Origin: Planctomycetota bacterium
Lineage (GTDB): Bacteria > Planctomycetota > Phycisphaerae > Phycisphaerales > Phycisphaeraceae
Length of the DNA stretch: 16,000 bases
Direction: 5' to 3'
NCBI GenBank assembly: GCA_039024275.1
Contig: JBCDKD010000007.1
Span: forward strand, 30,762-46,761
Shown: in pieces, positions 6,100 through 14,100 of the stretch
Layout of the letters: every line of letters begins with the position of its first letter
How positions within the stretch are numbered: position 1 is the first letter of the stretch
The notes under the pieces: model-generated
Seen by the model: the letters and a program-made list of their open reading frames with translations, nothing else
Told to the model about the DNA's origin: nothing
Databases searched by the model: none
Made by a program: the position numbers and the translations under genes

Positions 6100-7527
6100 A
6101 TGCGTGTCTTGATGCTGGGATGGGAGTTCCCGCCTTTTATTACCGGCGGGCTGGGCACGGCCTGCTACGGCCTGACCAGGGCCATGTCGGCGCGCGGCAC
6201 GGAGATCAGTTTTGTCCTCCCGAAACAGGTGGGCAGTGAGTACACCGAACACGTCAAGTTGCTGGCCCCGCAGTGCCGGAGCGCGGAGGCAGGAGACCGC
6301 GCCCCGGCCGCGGTGGCCAGCACCTTCCAGGCCGACCCCAGGCCCACCCCCGTCGACGCCGAGGGCAAGGAGGCCTTCCGCAACGTCGTCTTCAAGGCGG
6401 TCCCCTCCCACATGGCCAGCGTGTACCCCGCCGGGGGGCTGCAGTACGCCGCCAAGGGCACACGCAAGACCGAGGGCATCGGCTTCATCCACAGCAAGCC
6501 GGCATCCCAGAGTGTTGCATCCGAACTCGTCAGCGTGGCCGTCGCAGAGGCCCCCCCGCCCCCCCCGCCCGAGTTCGACTACAGCGGCGACCTGTTCCAG
6601 CAGACGCGCCGCTACGCGGACCTGTGCCTGGACCTCGCCAAGGGTGAAGGCTTCGACCTCATCCATGCGCACGACTGGTTGACGTTCCCCGCTGCGCAAG
6701 CCCTCTCCGAGGCGACGGGCAAGCCATGGGTCGCGCACGTGCACTCGACCGAATTCGACCGGGCCGGCGAAGGCGCGAACGCTCAGATCGCCGAGTTCGA
6801 AAAGCAGGGCGTGCGCTCGGCCCGCCGGGTCATCGCGGTCAGCGAGTTCACCCGCCAGATCCTGGTCAGCCGCTTTGGGCTGGATGAGGACAAGTGCGAC
6901 GTTGTTTACAACGGCGTCGAACGCGTGATCAAGAACGGCACGGAGCGCACCGAGCCGGTGCACCCCACCGCGGGCATCAAGAAGGGCGACAAGGTTGTGC
7001 TCTACCTCGGCCGGGTCACGATGCAGAAGGGCCCGGAGTACTTCATCGCCGCGGCGAAGAAGGTGCTTGAGAAGATGGACAATGTGAAGTTCGTTGTCGC
7101 CGGCTCGGGCGACCAGATCGAGCGAACCATCGAGCAGGCCGCCAAAGCCGGTATCGGCAGCAAGATCACGTTCACCGGCTTCCTGCACGGCGAAGATGTG
7201 CGCAAGGTCTACGAGATGGCGGACGTGTACGTGATGCCCTCGGTGAGCGAGCCGTTCGGCATCGCGCCGCTCGAGGCGATCGCGCACAAGGTGCCGGTGA
7301 TCATCTCGAAGCAGTCCGGCGTCAGCGAGGTGCTGGAGCACGCGCTGAAGGTCGATTTCTGGGACACCCACGACATCGCCAACAAGATCATCGCGGTGCT
7401 TAGACACCCGCCCTTGAGCGCGACGATGAAAGAGCACGCCGACTTGGAAGTGCGCGAGCTGACCTGGGACGGCGCCGCGGCGAAGTGCGAGGCGGTGTAC
7501 GAGCAACTGCTAGGCGCAGCGGTGTAG
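6100..7527 (+). CDS. Glycosyltransferase, GT-B fold (GT4 / archaeal-type glycogen-synthase-like), with a long low-complexity insert in the N-terminal domain
   Basis: 475-aa ORF with ATG at 6100. The N-terminus MRVLMLGWEFPPFITGGLGTACYGLTRAMSARGTEISFVLP has the GGL-type glycine loop. FDLIHAHDWLT is the HxHDW block. The C-terminal Glycos_transf_1 domain contains LGRVTMQKG, FVVAGSGD and YVMPSVSEPFGIAPLEAIAHKVPVI (E-x7-E region). The 526-aa antisense ORF 5926..7506 is a shadow. Confidence 0.8.
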   Translation: MRVLMLGWEFPPFITGGLGTACYGLTRAMSARGTEISFVLPKQVGSEYTEHVKLLAPQCRSAEAGDRAPAAVASTFQADPRPTPVDAEGKEAFRNVVFKAVPSHMASVYPAGGLQYAAKGTRKTEGIGFIHSKPASQSVASELVSVAVAEAPPPPPPEFDYSGDLFQQTRRYADLCLDLAKGEGFDLIHAHDWLTFPAAQALSEATGKPWVAHVHSTEFDRAGEGANAQIAEFEKQGVRSARRVIAVSEFTRQILVSRFGLDEDKCDVVYNGVERVIKNGTERTEPVHPTAGIKKGDKVVLYLGRVTMQKGPEYFIAAAKKVLEKMDNVKFVVAGSGDQIERTIEQAAKAGIGSKITFTGFLHGEDVRKVYEMADVYVMPSVSEPFGIAPLEAIAHKVPVIISKQSGVSEVLEHALKVDFWDTHDIANKIIAVLRHPPLSATMKEHADLEVRELTWDGAAAKCEAVYEQLLGAAV

Positions 7528-7689
7528 CGCGGTGGCACCGCTGATCCTTAGAAGAGGGCTTGTGTTTTTCATCACAATAGCCGCGTTGCTACGCGACGCC
7601 GGGTCCCTGTAACACGTACACCATGCTCGCGGCTATTGCTGTTGATACAGCTTTTAACAGAGCCCGTCGGCTATGCCGATAACACAGAC

Positions 7690-8208
7690 ATGCGCCTTGC
7701 CCTGTATGCCGCTGTTTTGTGCCTGTGTGTCGCCTTGCCCGGCTGCGGGGACCTGTCTGATGTCTGGGGCAACCCGCAGGACCGCGCGAAGAAGGGCCTG
7801 TCCGACTCGGACACCAAGCCTTTCGAGATCGGCCCGGCCAGCGACTGGGAAGAGCCCGGCCTGTACATGGAGTACGCCCACAGCCACGGCGTCGCGATTG
7901 TGTCGGACCACGGCATGCTCGTCGCGCTCTTGCTCGTCGGGCCGGAGACCGGCGCCGAGGTCCGCTGGGACCGAGCCGCCGGGCTGTTCCGCGACACGCA
8001 GAGCGACGACCTGTTCACCCGCGACGGCGTCAAGTGGGGCGGCGCAGACGACCGCCCGTCGCTCGCCCGCTGCCGGATCCGCCACCTCGGCCCGCTCGAC
8101 GACCCGGGTGTCGAACTCGTCGTCGACCCCGGCAAGCTGTTCCGGCAGGAAGAACAGCAGTGGTCCAAGGCCGCGAGCAACCACCTGTTTGTGGATGCGG
8201 AAGACTGA
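7690..8208 (+). CDS. Lipoprotein of unknown function (possible ligand-less Rieske-like fold)
   Basis: ORF 7636..8208 trimmed to ATG 7690, where a lipoprotein signal peptide with lipobox starts (MRLALYAAVLCLCVALPGC|GD). Two long antisense ORFs (7654..8334 and 7671..8318) have shadow-type R/A/G/V-rich composition. See the findings for the Rieske-like spacing. Confidence 0.6.
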   Translation: MRLALYAAVLCLCVALPGCGDLSDVWGNPQDRAKKGLSDSDTKPFEIGPASDWEEPGLYMEYAHSHGVAIVSDHGMLVALLLVGPETGAEVRWDRAAGLFRDTQSDDLFTRDGVKWGGADDRPSLARCRIRHLGPLDDPGVELVVDPGKLFRQEEQQWSKAASNHLFVDAED

Positions 8209-8231
8209 TGGGTTGATTGGAACTTGAAATA

Positions 8232-8297
8232 GCACCGCATATGAGTGCGGTGCCCGAGCCGTGTCATACTTTCGGGCACCGGATTCACATCCGGTGC
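8232..8297 (+). repeat. Two similar 22-nt hairpins (8-bp stems, 6-nt loops) between the lipoprotein gene and the symporter gene
   Basis: Hairpin 1 is 8232..8253, GCACCGCA-TATGAG-TGCGGTGC. Hairpin 2 is 8276..8297, GCACCGGA-TTCACA-TCCGGTGC. Both stems are perfect and share GCACCG...CGGTGC. The first begins 24 nt after the lipoprotein stop and the second ends 13 nt before the symporter ATG. Neither is followed by a T-run. Confidence 0.6.
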
Positions 8298-8310
8298 TGC
8301 TGACAGAGCC

Positions 8311-9864
8311 ATGCCCAACCTGTTCGACAGCCAACTCGCCCTGCTGGACTGGCTGATCCTCGCGGGCTACTTCGTGCTGATCATCACGATCGGTGCGCTG
8401 GCCAGCCGGGGCAAGAACGATGAGCAGGGCTTTTTCCTAGGTGGCCGACGCATGCCCGCGTGGGCGGTGGCGATGTCGTTCGCGGCGACCACGCTGAGCG
8501 CCGCGACGTTCATCGGCGGGCCCGCCGAGTCGTTCAAGACCGACCTGACGCTCCTGTCCTTTGAAATCGCCAAGGTGCTGGGCGCATTGCTGGTCGCGGC
8601 GCTCTTCCTTCCCCCCTTGTTCCGCTCCGGCTGCACCACCGTGTACGGCTACCTGGGCCGGCGCGTCGGCCCGGGCGCGATGCAGGCGGCCAGCGCGATG
8701 TTCCTCTTCGGCCGGCTCCTTGCTTCGGGGGCCCGGCTCTTTATCGCAGGCACCGCCTTCTCGCTCATCTTGTACGGCAACCTCGAAACCGCCAACCTCG
8801 TGCTAGCTATCGTGCTCTTCGGCGTCGTCGGCACGCTGTACACCACGCTCGGCGGGATCAAGGCCGTCATCTGGACCGACACCCTCCAACTGCTCGTGGT
8901 CGTCGGCGCGGTCGTCGTGGCGATGCTCCTGCTCCTGCACGCGATCCCACTGCCCATGAGTGAGATCGTTCACGTGCTGCAACAGGAGCAGAAAACCAGG
9001 CTGCTCGACACCTCGTCCGACCTCTCTAAGGCGACCACGCTCTGGGCGGGCTTGGCGATGACCTTCTTTTTCGCCGCCGCGTTCGGCGCCGACCAGGACA
9101 TGGCTCAACGCCTGCTGACCTGCAAGAGCCTTAAGCAGTCGGTCGGCGCGCTCCTGGGCGCGACGCTGATCGCCCTGCCGATCACGGTGATGTTCATGGC
9201 GACGGGCCTGCTGCTGTACATCTTCTACACGCAGCCCGGCCTGATGGGCGCTGCGGCGCCTGCCGACGCGGTGACCGATCACCGCCAGGCGTACCCACGG
9301 TTCCTATTGAACGAGCTGCCGATCGGCATCAGGGGTGTGGCGATCGCGGGCCTGTTCGCCGCGGCGATGAGTAGCCTCGACTCGGCGATGAACGCGATGG
9401 CGTCCAGCGCGGTGTCCGACCTGATCAACCCGGCCCGCCGGGCACTGAGCAGGTCTGAGGAGAGTGACGAACTCGCGCCGCTCTGGTCCCGCCTGGCCGT
9501 CGTCCTGATGGGGGCACTGCTGACCGCCGCGGCGCTGGTCATGGCGCTGATCTACGACCCCGAGGCCGACACCCTGATCCGCTTCGCGCTGGGCGTGATG
9601 ACCTTTGCCTACGCCGGGCTGATGGGCGTGTTCTTGTGTGTGCTTCTGACCGGGCGCGGCAGCACGGCGAGCGTCATCGCCGCGCTGATCACAGGCATGG
9701 CGGTGATCGCTGCCTCGCGGTACGTGCCGTTGATCAAGAGCTGGCCGATCGCCTGGCCCTACTGGATGGTGATCGGCACGGCGGCGAGCCTCGGGGTCTG
9801 CCTGATCGGTGCGGTGCGCCGTGATCACCCGCCGTATACGAACCGCTCTGCGACGCGTCTATGA
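8311..9864 (+). CDS. Sodium:solute symporter family (SSF/SSS, PF00474) transporter
   Basis: ORF 8245..9864 trimmed to ATG 8311 (MPNLFDSQLALLDWLILAGYFVLIITIGALASRG...). The SSS N-terminal signature is FFLGGRRMPAWAVAMSFAATTLSAATFIGGPAESF. There are roughly 13 hydrophobic segments, and GGIKAVIWTDTLQ and SSLDSAMNA blocks are typical of the family. Substrate is not inferable. Confidence 0.85.
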   Translation: MPNLFDSQLALLDWLILAGYFVLIITIGALASRGKNDEQGFFLGGRRMPAWAVAMSFAATTLSAATFIGGPAESFKTDLTLLSFEIAKVLGALLVAALFLPPLFRSGCTTVYGYLGRRVGPGAMQAASAMFLFGRLLASGARLFIAGTAFSLILYGNLETANLVLAIVLFGVVGTLYTTLGGIKAVIWTDTLQLLVVVGAVVVAMLLLLHAIPLPMSEIVHVLQQEQKTRLLDTSSDLSKATTLWAGLAMTFFFAAAFGADQDMAQRLLTCKSLKQSVGALLGATLIALPITVMFMATGLLLYIFYTQPGLMGAAAPADAVTDHRQAYPRFLLNELPIGIRGVAIAGLFAAAMSSLDSAMNAMASSAVSDLINPARRALSRSEESDELAPLWSRLAVVLMGALLTAAALVMALIYDPEADTLIRFALGVMTFAYAGLMGVFLCVLLTGRGSTASVIAALITGMAVIAASRYVPLIKSWPIAWPYWMVIGTAASLGVCLIGAVRRDHPPYTNRSATRL

Positions 9865-9904
9865 TGCGGTGTTAATACAAGACCCAACCACCCGGAGCAA
9901 ACCC

Positions 9905-10351
9905 ATGAAGCGTCTGCCTGAATACCTGCTGGTCTCTGCCCTGACCGTCGCGGTTATGCTGACGATTGTCCCAATGGGGCAGACCGCGGTCGCGCAGCAG
10001 GATCAGGAAAAAGACGCGACCGAGGTGATCCAGTACGCCATGGCGGTCCTCGGCTCGAACTTCCGACAGATCAGACGGCAGCAGAACAAGCCCGATCAGA
10101 ACCAGGCGAGCGCGGACCTGCTCGCGGAGATGATCGTGGTGTCCGTGGAGTCCAAGCCCTACCTGCCCAAGAGCGCGACGACCGACGACCTGAAACAGTC
10201 CTACCGCGAGCTCGTGAATGAGATGATCATCGTTTTTGCAAAGGCCGAGAACGCGGCCCTGCAGGGCGACAACGAGAAGCTCAAGGAATACCTGCGCGAA
10301 GCCAACGAGGTCCGCGCAGAAGGCCACGAGCTGTTCATCACCGAGGAGTAG
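9905..10351 (+). CDS. Secreted four-helix-bundle protein, cytochrome b562-like
   Basis: ORF 9809..10351 trimmed to ATG 9905, with GGAG about 12 nt upstream. The signal peptide is MKRLPEYLLVSALTVAVMLTIVPMGQTAVAQ. The mature roughly 117 aa parallels E. coli cytochrome b562 as I remember it. AMAVLGSNFRQIRR aligns with NMETLNDNLKVIEK (Met ligand). LLAEMIVVSVESKPYLPK aligns with ALTKMRAAALDAQKATPPK. VRAEGHELF aligns with TRNAYHKKY (His ligand). Confidence 0.5.
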   Translation: MKRLPEYLLVSALTVAVMLTIVPMGQTAVAQQDQEKDATEVIQYAMAVLGSNFRQIRRQQNKPDQNQASADLLAEMIVVSVESKPYLPKSATTDDLKQSYRELVNEMIIVFAKAENAALQGDNEKLKEYLREANEVRAEGHELFITEE

Positions 10352-10442
10352 CGGAAGAACAGCCGCGATGCTACATATCGCAGGCAAAAGATGAAGCGTG
10401 TATCACCGCCCAAGCGATCCGCATCATCCTGGCTGTCGCCGA

Positions 10443-11000
10443 CTAATTCATCGAGGGGTCGCGCGGCATCAGCCTCGGGTTCATCGCGAGCATCGCCAGC
10501 GAACGGTCGATCCCCGTGATCACACGCATCCACAAGCCGTCGTCCGCGTCCGGATCGAAGACGACGTCTGAGTTCGCCCGCGTGACCAGCCAGCCGCCAC
10601 GGTTCAGCTCGCTCTCGAGTTGGCCCGGGCCCCAGCCGGCGTAGCCGACAAAGAAGCTCACCGTATCGAACGGGTCCGACAAGATCTCACGCACGGTCGA
10701 CTCGTCGGTTGTGAAACACACGCCTTGGCACACCTCGACCTGTGCGTGGCCCGGCTTGTCATGCAGCAGCATCAGAGGCCCATCGCACGGCCCGCCACAC
10801 AGCAGCGGCTGGTCCGTCGGGCAGGGCAGCACACTGAGCTGGCCCCACACCTCGTCGACCGGCGTCTGCGTGGGTCGGTTCAAGACCAGCCCCAGCGCAC
10901 CCGCGTCGCTGTGCTCGACCATCAGCACCACCGCGTGCTCGAAGTGCGGGTCGTCCATCGTCGGCGACGCCACGACCAAGCTCCCGGATAATGAATCCAT
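10443..11000 (-). CDS. yqgE: YqgE/AlgH family protein (UPF0301, DUF179)
   Basis: ORF 10443..11270 trimmed to the ATG at complement 10998..11000, with GGAG upstream on the minus strand. The long version would overlap the hrpA start. Family blocks are GSLVVASPTMDDPHFEHAVVLMVEHSDAGALGLVLNRP and FFVGYAGWGPGQLESELNRGGWLV. Length is 185 aa, typical for the family. Confidence 0.85.
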   Translation of the reverse strand: MDSLSGSLVVASPTMDDPHFEHAVVLMVEHSDAGALGLVLNRPTQTPVDEVWGQLSVLPCPTDQPLLCGGPCDGPLMLLHDKPGHAQVEVCQGVCFTTDESTVREILSDPFDTVSFFVGYAGWGPGQLESELNRGGWLVTRANSDVVFDPDADDGLWMRVITGIDRSLAMLAMNPRLMPRDPSMN

Positions 11001-11126
11001 CACAACCCAACTCCAACGCGAGATACGGCAGGCCACGCCAGCATACCACCGCTCCCGCCTGGATAAAATGCTTATTCTTCGTAAGCGCGCGACGTTGCGC
11101 CCCGCCAACCCCGTGCAGCCCCCGCC

Positions 11127-14100
11127 ATGCCCCGCGACCTTGCCCAATCCGCCGAGCTTATCAGCCAAGCGATGGTTGGCGATCGGCACCGCCTCCGCCG
11201 AAGGCTCCGCGCGATCGAGCAGGCTGCGGAGAACGGCAAGCCCTTCGGTCGAAGCCTCGGCAAGCTTCAAAACGCGTTGGACGAGTCGATCGCCCTACGC
11301 AAGCAACGCAGGGCCAACGCGCCGGCGGCGAGTCTGCCGGATGAGCTGCCGATCACCGCGCGTGCAGACGAGATCATGGACGCGGTCCGCGGTCACCAAG
11401 TGGTCGTCGTTGCGGGCGAGACCGGGTCGGGCAAGTCGACGCAGCTGCCCAAGCTGATGCTGCGGATGGGCCGTGGCGTCGATGGGCTGATCGGGCACAC
11501 CCAGCCCCGCCGGCTCGCAGCACGCTCGGTCGCGCAGCGCGTGGCCGACGAGTTGGGCTCGCCGCTCGGCCAGCACGTGGGCTACAAGGTCCGTTTCACG
11601 GACAAGACGAACCCGAAGACCTACATCAAGCTGATGACCGATGGTGTGTTGCTGGCCGAGGCGGCGCGCGACCGGTTCTTCGACAACTACGACACGCTGA
11701 TCATCGACGAGGCGCACGAGCGGTCGCTCAACATCGATTTCCTGCTCGGCCACCTCAGCCAGATCCTGCCCAAGCGCCCCGACCTGCGCGTGATCATCAC
11801 CTCGGCGACGATCGACACCCAGCGTTTTGCGGAGCACTTCGGCACCGCGACCCGTGACGGGCTCGAGCCTGCGCCGGTGATCGAGGTCTCCGGGCGGACC
11901 TACCCCGTCGAGGTGCGCTACCAGCCGATCGAGCCGGACGAGCACGGCGAGGCCGGCGACACCGCCGAGGCCGTGGCCCACGCGATCGGGGGGCTCGGTC
12001 GTCAAGGCGATGTGCTCGTCTTCATGCCGACGGAGCGCGACATCCGCGCGTGCTGCGGCCTGCTCGAGCGCCGCCAGCCCGGCAGCGAGGTCCTCCCGCT
12101 GTACGCCCGGCTCACCAACGCGCAGCAGCAGGCGATCTTCGCCAAGAGCAGCAAGCGCAAGATCGTCGTTGCGACAAACGTGGCCGAGTCATCGCTGACC
12201 GTGCCGGGCATCCGCTACGTCGTGGACACGGGCACGGCGCGGGTGGCCCGGTACTCGCCGAACTCGAAGGTGCAGCGGCTCCCGGTCGAGGCGGTCAGCC
12301 GGGCCAGCTGCGACCAGCGCAAGGGCCGGTGCGGCCGCGTCGGCCCGGGCTTATGCGTGCGGCTCTACTCGGAAGAGGACTTCCTGTCGCGGGACGAGTT
12401 CACGACGCCGGAGATCCTGCGTAGCAACCTGGCGAGCGTGATCCTGCAGATCGAGACGCTGCGGTTTGGTGCGATCCAAGACTTCCCGTTTATCGACCCG
12501 CCCCGGCCGAGCATGATGCGCGATGGGTATAAGACGCTTCACGAGATCGGCGCGTTGACAGCGGATGACTCGGTCAGCGCGCTGGGCAGGCGGCTCTCGC
12601 GCATGCCGGTCGACCCGCGTGTCGCGCGGATGGTCTTGGCAGGCAAGGACGAAGGCGTGTTACAGGAGGTGCTGGTCATCGCCTCGGCGCTGGAGGTGCA
12701 GGACCCGCGTGAGAGGCCGATCGATCAGCAGGGCAAGGCCGACGCCGCGCACGAGCCGTTCGCAGACCCCCGCAGCGACTTCCTGGCGTACCTCAACCTC
12801 TGGTCCTTCTACCACAGACAGAAAGACAAGCTCTCGCACAACAAGCTGAGGAAGGCCTGCAAGCAGAACTATCTTAGTTACGTAAGGATGCGCGAGTGGG
12901 TGGATGTGCATCAGCAGTTGAAGAGGATGGTGCAGGAATTGAAAGTGGGGCAGACATTCCTGTCTGCCTCAGGCCGTAGGCCTGAACACAAGAAGGGTTC
13001 GGCTGCGCCGAACGGCAGACAGGAATGTCTGCCCCACGCTGCTGAGATCACGGACAGTAAAGCCGACGCGATCCACCGCGCGCTCCTGACCGGGCTGCTC
13101 TCCAACATCGCGAACAAGGGCGACGGCTTCGAATACACTGGGGCCGGCGGTCAGAAGCTGCACCTCTGGCCCGGCTCGTCGCTGTTCGCAAGCAAGCCCA
13201 AGTGGGTCGTTGCCGCAGAGCTGGTCGAGACGACCCGGCGGTATGCCCGCACGGCCGGGCGGATCCAGCCCGGCGTGATCGAGCCGATCGCGGGGCACCT
13301 GGTCAAGAAGACGCACAGCGACCCGCGCTGGGTGCGCGAGACTGGCTCGGCGATGTGCAGCGAGAAGGTCTCGCTCTACGGGCTCGTGCTCGTGCACGCC
13401 AGGCCGGTCCCCCTCGCGCGGGTCAACCCTACCGAGGCGAGGCAGATGTTCATCCAACGCGCGCTGGTCGAGGGCGACTGGGACTGCGACCTGCCGTTCT
13501 ACAAACACAACCAGGCGTTGTTGGAACAAGCCAAGGCGACCGAGGCCAAAGCACGCCGGCACGGGCTGGTCGCATCGGATCAGGTGCGCTACGCCTTCTA
13601 CGACGAACGCCTCCCCGAGACGGTCACCGACAGCGCGGCTTTCAAGAAGTGGTACAAGAAAGCCCACCCCTCTCCCCCCGGGGGAGGGGCCGGGGGTGAG
13701 GGGCGAGGCTCGGTCGAGACAGCGGATCGAAGAAAATCGGATCCTTCCGATTCGCCCCTCACCCCAGCCCTCTCCCGTGGGGAGAGGGGGCAAGACCCAT
13801 CAGAACCGCTGTACATGGACCTGCCGATGCTGCTCGCAGAGTCGGCGGAGGATGTCACCGAGCAGGCGTACCCCGACCGCTTGCGCGTCGAGCAGTCGGA
13901 CCACGCCCTCGCCTACACCTTCGACCCCGGCGACGAGCGCGACGGTTTAACCCTGACGCTGCCGCGCGAAGCGCTTGGCCAACTCGATGCGCGGCGGCTG
14001 GGCTGGCTGGTGCCCGGCATGCTCGAGCAGAAGCTGGTCGCGATGATCAAGTCGCTGCCGAAGCCGTTGCGCAAAACCCTGAGCCCGGCACCGGACGCGG

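Noticed and set aside
5926-7506. 526-aa ORF on the minus strand, the second-longest in the track
   Set aside because: It is entirely antisense to the well-supported glycosyltransferase. Its composition is the R/A/G/L/V/D-rich pattern of a GC-rich shadow frame, with no recognisable motifs. Its 5' end would start inside the GT gene.
7529-7541. Small hairpin GCGGT-GGC-ACCGC just after the glycosyltransferase stop, as an intrinsic terminator
   Set aside because: It has only a 5-bp stem with a 3-nt loop and no adjacent T-run. The T-rich TGTGTTTTT at 7561..7569 is 20 nt away and has no stem in front of it. This is too weak to call.
7654-8334. 226-aa and 215-aa minus-strand ORFs opposite the small lipoprotein gene
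   Set aside because: The plus-strand frame has a canonical lipoprotein signal peptide with lipobox and a domain-like core. The minus-strand products are R/A/G/V- or S/P/R-rich with no features. I retain some uncertainty because the plus-strand protein has no recognised family.
11001-11270. Upstream 90 codons of ORF 10443..11270 (the long form of yqgE)
   Set aside because: The YqgE/AlgH homology starts at the internal Met (complement 10998..11000). The extension has shadow-type composition and would overlap the hrpA start region on the opposite strand.
12969-13793. 274-aa minus-strand ORF inside hrpA, beginning with PLPTGEGWGEG-type sequence
   Set aside because: It is a shadow ORF opposite hrpA. 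It starts within the second palindromic element (near 13793) and ends within the first (near 12969), and palindromes read open on both strands. It has no independent coding evidence.
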